Of a stretch of 64,000 bases of DNA, positions 23,995-33,920 are shown in pieces. Numbering within the stretch: the stretch's first letter is position 1; each line of letters opens with the position of its first letter. Origin of the DNA: Ranitomeya imitator (lineage: Eukaryota); contig NC_091282.1 of NCBI RefSeq assembly GCF_032444005.1, positions 425,320,001-425,384,000 on the forward strand, read 5' to 3'. Position numbers and translations under genes: made by a program. The notes under the pieces were generated by a model that worked only from the letters and a program-made list of their open reading frames with translations, made no database searches and was not told where the DNA came from.

Positions 23995-24483
23995 TCATAG
24001 AGTGTACAAAGGTGCGGGCCTGTCTCTTCTTAATTAGTGACATGGTTAATTTGGAAGCTTTATCTCCATGAACAAATATATGGTTTCTCCAGGCTAACCA
24101 CATAATGAGAGCAGTCAGTGGTCATGCATGCACACAAAACTCCTCGCCGCAGATGCCAGCATTCTAGGGGCTTATTTCAGCCAGGTCCCTGAACACACAT
24201 AAACACAAACTCCTCGCCGGAGGTGCCAGCATTCTAGGGGCTTATTTCAGCTGGGTCCCTGAACACATGCAAACACATGACCATACTGGCGCAAAGCACA
24301 TAACATATGAAGATACTAGGGCATGGCCGTGTGGCCATGTGAGCCTTAAATAGTTGCAGCACGTTCAGGACCTTTCAAAGAAGGACCAATGGAGTTGCTG
24401 CAGTACCTGAGCATGTGACCCTAGATCTCCACTGAGAGATCTTGCCCTGGGCATGCTCAGTGTGTGCAAAGCAGAACTTAGTC

Positions 24484-24627
24484 TAGAACTTGGTATCTGT
24501 TTTGAACTGTATTTCTGTTATGCTGTAATGTCTATTGTATGTACAAGTCCCCTCTATAATTTGTAAAGCGCTGCGGAATATGTTGGCGCTATATAAATAA
24601 AAATTATTATTAATAAAAATTATTATT
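24484..24627 (+). mobile_element. Short retroposed 3' tail (L2-like) inserted in the D LTR
   Basis: GTAAAGCGCTGCGGAATATGTTGGCGCTATATAAATAA plus ATT repeats; AGTC duplicated at 24480-24483 and 24628-24631; absent from the 30407 LTR copy. Confidence 0.7.
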
Positions 24628-25942
24628 AGTCCTAGCACCTTCAGGACCTTCCAAGAAGGACCAATGGAAGTCGCTGCAGTACCTGAGCATGTGACCCTAG
24701 ATCTCCACTGAGAGATCCTGCCCTGGGCATGCTCAGTGTGTGCAAAGTAGGACTTAGTCCCAGAAAAGCCTGCTCACCGCAGAACAGTGCAGAGTACAAT
24801 AGCAGAGCCTGAAAAGGTAGTAGTAACCCTTTGCACAGTACCAGTCTCAGCGAGATGCTGGGAGTGACGTCTCTGCTGAGCAGTCTCCACTGCGGCCGAT
24901 GCAGAATGGGACACCGCAGCAGACACGGATCGAGATTCCCCCTATGCAGCAGAGGAAACTCGACTCCTAACATTACCCCCCCTCCTAGGGCCCCCCTTAC
25001 TTGAGCCTCGCTACGCTCAAAAGCTGCAATGAGCAGCGGAGCCCGAATGTGCTCCACAGGTTCCCAGGTTCTATCCTCTGGACCGTGACCCCTCCAGTCC
25101 ACCAAATAAAACTTCTAGCCACGTACCACCTTGCACCCCACGATAGCATTCACCTAAAACTCATCCGTGGATGAACCCGATGTCCCGGCAGATTACTCAG
25201 AAAACCGGGACAAATGAACGGGCTTCAAGAGGGAAACGTGAAAAGTATGGGTGATACCAAGGCGTGGAGGAATAGCCAAACGGTAGACCACAGAGTTGAC
25301 CTGTTTCAGAACCTTGAACGGGCCAATGTAGCGAGGAGCAAACTTAATGGACTCAACTCGCAGCCTGATGATACGGGCGGAGAGCCACACTAAGTCGCCA
25401 GGAGCAAAGGTTGGAGCGGAACGCCGGTGTGTATCAGCCGAAACCCTCATTCTCTCCTTGGAGGCCCAGATGGCATCCTGTGTGCGGTCCCAGATGTCAC
25501 GTGCCTCCACCGCCCAGTCTGCCACCCTAGATTCAGTGGATGACACGGGCATGGGCACAGGGACATGCGGATGCTGGCCGTAATTAAGGAGAAAAGGAGT
25601 CTGGCCAGTGGAATCGGCTACGGCGTTGTTCAAGGCAAATTCCGCCTAAGGGAGCAAAGATGCCCAGTCATCCTGCCTAGCAGAGACAAAATGTTGCAAA
25701 TATGTCACCAGAGTCTGGTTGGTCCTCTCCACCAACCCATTCGTCTCGGGATGGTATGCAGAAGAGAGGTTCAACTCTATGCTGAGTAAACAGCAGAGCT
25801 CTCTCCAAAATTGAGACACGAACTGGGGACCCCGATCGCTGACAATTTTATCAGGCATACCATGTAATCGGAAAACATGTATAATGAACAACAGTGCCAA
25901 GGCCCGTGCAGAAGGTAACCATGGAAGCAGCACCAAGTGCAC

Positions 25943-27092
25943 TGTTACTGCCGCTACTTACCTTCGTCGCTCCGCCTCTGGTCGCCGGCACGCTGTCCCT
26001 GGTTGCTTAGGCCGCTCTTCTTCCGGGTCCCGGCGTGCTGTTCTTCCTGCTTCTCTAGCGGCGCCGACTCCTTCTGCCGCTGCTCGTCCACGCTGTCCTG
26101 CTTCCGGGAGGTGGCGCGCTCGTTCTCGGCGGGCTCCTCCTCCACATCCTGCTGGGGGAGTTCGGCGTCTGAGCCGGCGCACGGACATCTGCGCCGGCAC
26201 GCAGGGTTCTGCGGTGGGCGCCTGCGCTCCAGTCCGGGACCTCCTGCTTCCGGGGACTGGGATCCAGAGAGCCTCAGCAACCAATCCCGGTAAGGACCAC
26301 AGTATTTCAGGCCACCTCCCCTGCTAGGAGGTGCCTGAGTGTCATTTGCTTTTGCTCTTGCCTCCGGCCACTTCTCGCCTCGTGCTTTGTACCTCTGTGG
26401 TAGCCCTGTGCTCTTCGCTTTGTCTTGCGCTTTTGTGCTTCCATTTACCCAGCTCTCTCTCTCTCTCCCTACAGTTTTGTCTCCGTCTCAGCTTTTCCTC
26501 AGTACAAGCCTGACGTCCATTCTCTGTGTCCGCCGTTGTTACGCCACCTTCCCCGTTCCGGTGTCTCCGTTTTTTTGTCCCCGTTCCTGTGTCTCCATTT
26601 TTGTCCCCATTCCTGTGTCTCCGTTTTTGTTTTCTTCTTTAGTTCTTCTTCTTCTGAGCCGTTCCTCTTGGTATCTGCTACTGTGGATTGGTGACCTCTC
26701 GGCCTGCCCCAGACAGTCCCTGTATAGGGGTTGGTTAACACCAGGTCAGCTCGCCCGGAGGTAGTACTTTTCCACGGTCCAGAGGGTCCACTCTTGTTCT
26801 TGCCTCAGATAGCATAACAGAACACTCAGGCCATGGACCCCGCAGGTGCCGCATTTTCTGCCCAAAAAGAATTGGCACACTTGCGCGACAACCAACAGCG
26901 CATCATGTCCTTCATTAAAAACATGGAGTCCCGTCTGACCTCTTTACAGGCAGCCGACACAGTTAATGCTACTAAATTAGCGGGCCTTCAGCAAGAGCTC
27001 TCCCAGCAGCGTGATACGCAGGCGCGCATGCTGATTTATATGGCTTCCATTGACGACCGCTTATTCAACCTGCACTCCGTCTCTGCTTCCTC
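25943..27092 (+). mobile_element. Gypsy element E: 5' LTR 25943-26819 and gag N-terminus 26833-27092, remainder lost
   Basis: TGTTAC...ATAACA; ACACTCAGGC at 26822-26831 is complementary to 26333-26342; gag MDPAGAAFSAQKEL. Confidence 0.8.
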
Positions 27093-30000
27093 TGTTGTGA
27101 ATTCTGTTGTTAAGCTCCCTCCTGTGGTCATGAATGGTACTTCGCCTGGTTCTGTCCATGGGCTTCCTCTGGTGGTTGTGAGTGGGGCTGCGGCTTCTGA
27201 GGTTCCTTCCACAGGTGACGAGGTTAATTCGTTAGCTGGCTGCTCTATTTAACTCCACCTAGATCATTGCTCCATGCCACCTGTCAATGTTCCAGTATTG
27301 GTCTAGTTCGTTCCTGGATCGTTCTTGTGACCTGTCTTCCCAGCAGAAGCTAAGTTCCTTCTTGTTTTTCTCTGTTTGCTATTTTTCTGTCCAGCTTGCT
27401 ATTTAGATTTTTGTCTTGCTTGCTGGAAGCTCTGGGACGCAGAGGGAGCGCCTCCGCACCGTGAGTCTTTTTGCGCCCTCTGCGTGGTCTTTTTTTAGTT
27501 TTCTGTGCTGACCACAAAGTTACCTTTCCTATCCTCTGTCTGTTCAGTAAGTCGGGCCTCACTTTGCTAAATCTATTTCATCTCTGTGTTTGTAATTTTC
27601 ATCTTTACTCACAGTCATTATATGTGGGGGGCTGCCTGTTCCTTTGGGGAATTTCTCTGAGGCAAGGTAGGCTTTAGTTTTCTATCTTTAGGGCTAGCTA
27701 GTTCCTTAGGCTGTGACGAGGCGCCTAGGGAGCGTTAGGAGCGCTCCACGGCTATTTCTAGTGTGTGTGATAGGATTAGGGATTGCGGTCAGCAGAGTTC
27801 CCACGTCGCAGAGCTTGTCCTGTATTATTAGTAACTATCAGGTCATTCTGTGTGCTCTTAACCACCAGGTCCATTATTGTCCTCACCACCAGGTTATAAC
27901 AGTACAGGTGGCCATGAAGTGGGCATTTGAGGAGTGGCGTCATTGGCTTGAAGGAGCCAAGAATCGCGTGGTGGTCTTAACGGATCACAAGAATTTGACT
28001 TATCTCGAGTCTGCTAAACGGTTGAATCCTAGACAGGCTCGTTGGTTGCTATTTTTCTCCCATTTTGATTTTGTGGTTTCGTACCTTCCGGGCTCTAAGA
28101 ATGTGAAGGCTGATGTCCTGTCAAGGAGTTTTGTGCCCGACTCTCCGGTTGTTCCTGAGCCGGCGGGTATTCTCAAAGAGGGGGTAATTTTGTCTGCCAT
28201 CTCCCCTGATTTGCGGCGGGTGCTGCAAAAATTTCAGGCTGATAGACCTGACCGTTGCCCAGCGGAGAAACTGTTTGTCCCTGATAAATGGACAAGTAGA
28301 CTTATCTCTGAGGTTCATTTTTCGGTGTTGGCTGGTCATCCTGGAATCTTTGGTACCAGAGATTTGGTGGCTAGATCCTTTTGGTGGCCGTCTTTGTCAC
28401 GAGATGTGCGTTCTTTTGTGCAGTCCTGTGGGACTTGTGCTTGGGCTAAGCCCTGCTGTTCTCGTGCCAGTGGGTTGCTTTTGCCCTTGCCGGTCCCGAA
28501 GAGGCCCTGGACGCATATTTCTATGGATTTTATTTCGGATCTCCCTGTCTCTCAAAAGATGTCGGTCATTTGGGTGGTTTGTGATCGCTTCTCTAAGATG
28601 GTCCATTTGGTACCCTTGTCTAAATTGCCTTCCTCCTCTGATTTGGTGCCGTTGTTTTTCCAGCATGTGGTTCGTTTACATGGCATTCCGGAGAACATCG
28701 TTTCAGACAGAGGTTTCCAGTTTGTTTCGAGGTTTTGGCGATCCTTTTGTGCTAGGATGGGCATTGATTTGTCTTTTTCCTCGGCTTTCCATCCTCAGAC
28801 AAATGGCCAAACCGAACGTACTAATCAGACTTTGGAAACATATCTGAGATGCTTTGTTTCTGCTGATCAGGATGATTGGGTGTCCTTTTTGCCTTTGGCT
28901 GTGTTCGCCCTTAATAATCGGGCCAGGTCGGCTACTTTGGTTTCACCGTTTTTCTGCAATTCTGGTTTCCATCCTCGTTTCTCTTCAGGGCAGGTTGAGT
29001 CTTCGGACTGTCCTGGTGTGGATACTGTATTGGATAGGCTGCAGCAGATTTGGACTCATGTGGTGGACAATTTGACATTGTCCCAGGAGAAGGCTCAACG
29101 TTTCGCTCACCGCCGGCGCTGTGTGGGTCCCCGACTTCGTGTTGGGGATTTGGTTTGGTTGTCGTCTCGTTATGTTCCTATGAAGGTTTCCTCTCCTAAG
29201 TTTAAGCCTCGTTTCATTGGTCCGTATAAGATTTCTGAGGTTATCAATCCTGTGTCATTTCGTTTGGCCCTTCCAGCTTCTTTTGCCATCCATAATGTAT
29301 TCCATAGGTCGTTGTTGCGGAGATACGTGGTGCCTGTGGTTCCATCCGTTGATCCTCCTGCCCCGGTGTTGGTTGAGGGGGAGTTGGAGTATGTGGTGGA
29401 GAAGATTTTGGATTCTCGTATTTCGAGACGGAAACTCCAGTACCTGGTCAAGTGGAAGGGTTATAGTCAGGAAGATAATTCCTGGGTTTTTGCCTCTGAT
29501 GTTCATGCTGACGATCTGGTTCATGCCTTTCATTTGGCTCGTCCTGGTCGGCCTGGGGGCTCTGGTGAGGGTTTGGTGACCCCTCCTCAAGGGGGGGTAC
29601 TGTTGTGAATTCTTTTGTTAAGCTCCCTCCTGTGGTCATGAATGGTACTTCGGCTGGTTCTGTCCATGGACTTCCTCTGGTGGGTGTTTCTTAGTTTCCT
29701 TCCTCAGGTACGAGGTTAATTCGTTAGCTGGCTGCTCTATTAAACTCCACTTAGATCTTTGCTCCATGCCTCCTGTCAATGTTCCAGTATTGGTCTAGTT
29801 CACTCCTGGATCGTTCTTGTGACCTGTCTTCCCTGCAGAAGCTAAGTTCCAGCTTGTATTTCTTTGGTTTGCTATTTTTCTGTCCAGCTTGCTATTTTCA
29901 TTGTTGTCTTGCTTGCTGGAAGCTCCGGGACGCAGAGGGAGCGCCTCCGCACCGTGAGTCGGTGCGGAGGGTCCTTTTGCGCCCTCTGCGTGGTCTTTTT

Positions 30001-30406
30001 GTAGGTTTTTGTGCTGACCGCAAAGTAACCTTTCCTATCCTCGGTCTGTTCAGTAAGTCGGGCCTCACTTTTCTAAATCTATTTCATCTCTGTGTTTGTA
30101 TTTTCATCTTTACTCACAGTCATTATATGTGGGGGGCTGCCTTTTCCTTTGGGGAATTTCTCTGAGGCAAGGTAGGCTTTATTTTTCTATCTTCAGGGCT
30201 AGCTAGTTCCTTAGGCTGTGCCGAGTTGCATAGGGAGCGTTAGGCGCAATCCACGGCTATTTCTAGTGTGTTTGATAGGATTAGGGATTGCGGTCAGCAG
30301 AGTTCCCACGTCCCAGAGCTCATCCTTTATTATCAGTAACTATCAGGTAATTCCGTGTGCTCTTAACCACCCGGTCCATTATTGTCCTGACCACCAGGTC
30401 ATAACA
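27093..30406 (+). mobile_element. Chimeric/deleted Gypsy chromovirus C (LTRs 27093-27901 and 29601-30406)
   Basis: Leader joins directly to RNase H; LTRs visibly divergent; flanks TTCCTC and GGATCC do not form a TSD. Confidence 0.85.
27914..29608 (+). CDS. C RNase H C-terminus, integrase and chromodomain (open frame)
   Basis: MKWAFEEWRHWL...ISMDFI...SDRG...GQTERTN...RFIGPY...YLVKWKGYSQEDNSW; the stop lies inside the 3' LTR. Confidence 0.8.
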   Translation: MKWAFEEWRHWLEGAKNRVVVLTDHKNLTYLESAKRLNPRQARWLLFFSHFDFVVSYLPGSKNVKADVLSRSFVPDSPVVPEPAGILKEGVILSAISPDLRRVLQKFQADRPDRCPAEKLFVPDKWTSRLISEVHFSVLAGHPGIFGTRDLVARSFWWPSLSRDVRSFVQSCGTCAWAKPCCSRASGLLLPLPVPKRPWTHISMDFISDLPVSQKMSVIWVVCDRFSKMVHLVPLSKLPSSSDLVPLFFQHVVRLHGIPENIVSDRGFQFVSRFWRSFCARMGIDLSFSSAFHPQTNGQTERTNQTLETYLRCFVSADQDDWVSFLPLAVFALNNRARSATLVSPFFCNSGFHPRFSSGQVESSDCPGVDTVLDRLQQIWTHVVDNLTLSQEKAQRFAHRRRCVGPRLRVGDLVWLSSRYVPMKVSSPKFKPRFIGPYKISEVINPVSFRLALPASFAIHNVFHRSLLRRYVVPVVPSVDPPAPVLVEGELEYVVEKILDSRISRRKLQYLVKWKGYSQEDNSWVFASDVHADDLVHAFHLARPGRPGGSGEGLVTPPQGGVLL

Positions 30407-30972
30407 GGATCCACCGTGCAGGAAAGAACCTGTTGCTAAGTAAATGGCGGCACTATATGGCGGTATGAACCAGCTCTGTTAGCTTCACAGAGCAGCCGAG
30501 AAGGCAAAGCTCTGTGCCCTGTTAGACTTTCACAGAGGCACAGGCTAACCACCCAATGAGAGCAGTCAGTGGTCATGCATGCACACAAAACTCCTCGCCG
30601 GAGATGCCAGCATTCTAGGGGCTTATTTCAGCCGGGTCCCTGAACACACATAAACACAAACTCCTCGCCGGAGGTGCCAGCATTCTAGAGCCTTATTTCA
30701 GCCGGGTCCCTGAACACATGCAAACACATGACCATACTGGCGCAAAGCACATAACATATGAAGATACTAGCGCATGGCCGTGCGGCCATGCGAGCCTTAA
30801 ATACTTGCAGCACGTTCAGGACCTTTCAAAGAAGGACCAATGGAGTTGCTGCAGTACCTGAGCATGTGACCCTAGATCTCCACTGAGAGATCTTGCCCTG
30901 GGCATGCTCAGTGTGTGCAATGCAGAACTTAGTCCTAGCACCTTCAGGACCAATGGAAGTCACTGCAGTACC

Positions 30973-31789
30973 TGTTATGAACAGGTAATTCAGAACCACA
31001 ATGGACCTTGAAGTTCAGAGCACACAAAGTGACCTGACATTTACCAAAAACATAGGACGAGCTCTGAGACGTGGAAACTCTGCTGACCGCAATCCCTAAT
31101 CCTATCACACCACACTAGAGGTAGCCGTGGATTGCGCCTAATGCTCCCTATGCAACTCGGCACAGCCTGAGAAACTAACTAGCCCTGAAGATAGAAAAAT
31201 AAGACTACCTTGCCTCAGAGAAATTCCCCAAAGGAAAAGGCAGCCCCCCACATATAATGACTGTGAGTAAAGATGAAATACAAACACAGAGATGAAATAG
31301 ATTTAGCAAAGTGAGGCCCGACTTACTGAATAGACCGGGGATAGGAAAGGTAGCTTTGCGGTCAACACAAAAACCTACAAACAACCACGCAGAGGGGCAA
31401 AAAGACCCTCCGCACCGACTAACGGTACTGAGGTGCTCCCTCTGCGTCTCAGAGCTTCCAGCAAGCAAGAAAAACCAATATAGCAAGCTGGATAGAAAAT
31501 ATAGCAAACAAAAATAACACAAGCAGAACTTAGCTTATGCAGGATAGACAGGCCACAGGAACGATCCAGGAGGAAGCAAGACCAATACTAGAACATTGAC
31601 TGGAGGCCAGGATCAAAGCACCAGGTGGAGTTAAATAGAGCAGCACCTAACGACTTAACCTCATCACCTGAGGAAGGAAACTCAGAAGCCGCAGTACCAC
31701 TCTCATCCACCAAAGGAAGCTCACAGACAGAACCAGCCGCAGTACCACTCACGACCACAGGAGGGAGCTTGGCCACAGAATTCACAACA
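30973..31789 (-). mobile_element. Solo LTR of the A family inserted in the D LTR
   Basis: Reverse complement of the A LTR; TSD AGTACC at 30967-30972 and 31790-31795. Confidence 0.92.
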
Positions 31790-32084
31790 AGTACCTGAGC
31801 ATGTGACCCTAGATCTCCACTGAGAGATCCTGCCCTGGGCATGCTCAGTGTGTGCAAAGTAGGACTTAGTCCCAGAAAAGCCTGCTCACCACAGAACAGT
31901 GCAGGGTACAATAGCAGAGCCTGGAAAGGCAGTAGTAACCCTTTGCACAGTACCAGTCTCAGCGAGACGCTGGGAGCGACATCTCTGCTGAGCAGGCTCC
32001 ACTGCGGCCGATGCAGAATGGGAGACCGCAGCAGACACGGATCGAGATTCCCCCTGTGCAGCAGTGGAAATTCAACTCCTAACA

Positions 32085-33920
32085 GACAGGCTTCCTTGGT
32101 GGCCACAAGATGGCAGCATATCACCCTGAGGCATCAGTTGTGTGACTTTTGTTCTCCTGCAGTGGCTTGAGTTTCTGCAGGGTGGTTCACTGTGTTATCC
32201 AATAATCTCTGGTTAAATTGAACCCCAGATTAGAATGTTTTGCAGAGTTCAAATCTTCTTGCTGTGCTAAGGGAGCAATTATAAAATAGTTCAGCATAAA
32301 AGGTTATAGTGTGTTGCTGATCAATGCAGTGTGTGACTCAGGGATGTTATCGTCCCCCCAGGAGGATATGCCCCGTCTGTGTAAATAAGCAGACTATTTT
32401 CAGATTGCCTTGTCAATAGGGATAGCTGCCTGTTTCTGTGTAGCCTAAGAGAGTTCTCTTTGGCACTGCAGCTATGGCGTTGATTTTACTGGTAGCCGCC
32501 AATTCTCGGGTACAGGGACAGAGGGAGGGAGGGAGGGCATCCCAAAGGCAGCAGTGGAGGGACCCCTGGGACCATGTCAGGCTTAATATATGGGCTGTTG
32601 GTGGCGGGGCAGCGGTAACGTGGGAGAGAGCTTCGGGAATTGCTTACCCGCTCCTTCTATGATAACAGTCACCGGCGCCTTCTGGTCACAGAGACAGGCG
32701 ATGCTTCGGCTGGGGAGCAGCTATGGTTATCTGCCGTCAGCGTTACACTGATGAAGTGTACCAGAGCCTCTGAATCGCAAGTGCATGTTCCGGGAGCCGT
32801 CGTCCGACTCTCCTGTCACTTACCACCAGTGGCAGCCGCAAAGCACAGATGAACAGCATCTAACCTAGGCCGCAGCAGCAGCAGCGATGACTCCGGCGCT
32901 GTGCTGGATCTCCGCCTCTGCTAGTCAGTGTGAGGTTCGCTGGAGCCACCGGGCTTCAGATGGTTGGTCCAGGGAGTCTCCTTGTGACTTTTCTCATTGC
33001 GTCGGTCCTCCCTCACCTGTTCCGCCTTGGCCAGTGTGAAAACTCCAGGGGCCGGTGAGAGCTTTGCATTCACCTGATTTATACAGGAGTGGGTGTTCAG
33101 CGCAGATTGAAGTCCTGGGGTAGGGGAGAAAGGCTCTGTTGGGAAGTCCTTCAGATGGAATGGGGTATAATAGGCCAGGATATGGCCCAGGCCTCAGGAG
33201 GTAGGCCTCGATTCAGTCCCTGGTAGGCCTCACTCTGCCATGCGGTGTACAAACCACCTGGATGATGAGTCAATTTTGCAATATATGCCTAAAAATAAGC
33301 CTGGGGGAAGGTTAGATCATATAACCAGGGATAGTTTGGTGGATGGCTTGTAGAAGTTAAAATTTTAATCGGATTGAAGACTATATCTCTGAAGCTCCCT
33401 GTTCGTGTGTTTCACTTAGTCATCGACCGAAGCCACTCCCCCACAGGTGACCATCTGACCGGTGGACGACTTCTGGGTGAGAACTGCTCCAGCACCTATG
33501 GAAGAATATTCCCTTGAGGAAGCGGCATGGCAGTGCGCGTCGGGGTCATTTTTCCGGCGGGATTCCCCCCCTCTGCCTCCCCCCTGTGTTGGTAAGTCGA
33601 TCCTTCACATATGCTGCTGTGGTAGGGATTATCCACTACTGTTACTTTAGTCCAGTTCATTAGACTGGATTACTGGACACATTGTTTACGTATTGGCTTA
33701 CCTTGCTATTATTACTTAGCACATGGGGTCTTTCTTCATTCCCTTTGTGTAGCAACTGTTCTATATGGGGGCGATAGAGGGGTGGTAGTTCCCCCCTTTT
33801 TGTGATTGATTGGAATACGTGCACCTTTTGCATTACTGATGCTTGTTTTTAATGTTTATATTAATAAAGATCATGTTTTTGTATACCTTTACTATATGCT
33901 CAGTGTCCTCCTGTTTTCAT
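32085..33920 (+). mobile_element. Unclassified ~1.8-kb non-coding insert, possibly Penelope-derived
   Basis: Lies between the D LTR and G RNase H; degenerate hammerhead-like motif at 33511-33545; AATAAA at ~33863. Confidence 0.3.

Larger units (their letters stand above)
18737..24089 (-). mobile_element. 5'-truncated L1-clade LINE (ORF2 pseudogene) with three DNA-transposon inserts
   Basis: AATAAA plus short poly(A) at 18758-18737; CWRC...H C-terminal motif; YRPISLL, QTGFVKGR, IDAEKAFDRVDW, GTRQGCPLS RT motifs; HGDKASKL near 24050. Confidence 0.85.
24090..32084 (-). mobile_element. Gypsy chromovirus element D: truncated 3' LTR 24090-24972, chromo/IN 24975-25942, probable 5' LTR 30407-32084; centre replaced by E and C
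   Basis: PPT AGGAGGGGGGGTAA then TGTTAGGAG; YLVDWRGHGPEDRTWEP, KFAPRYIGPF, VSDRGPQF; a second LTR copy in the same orientation. Confidence 0.75.
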
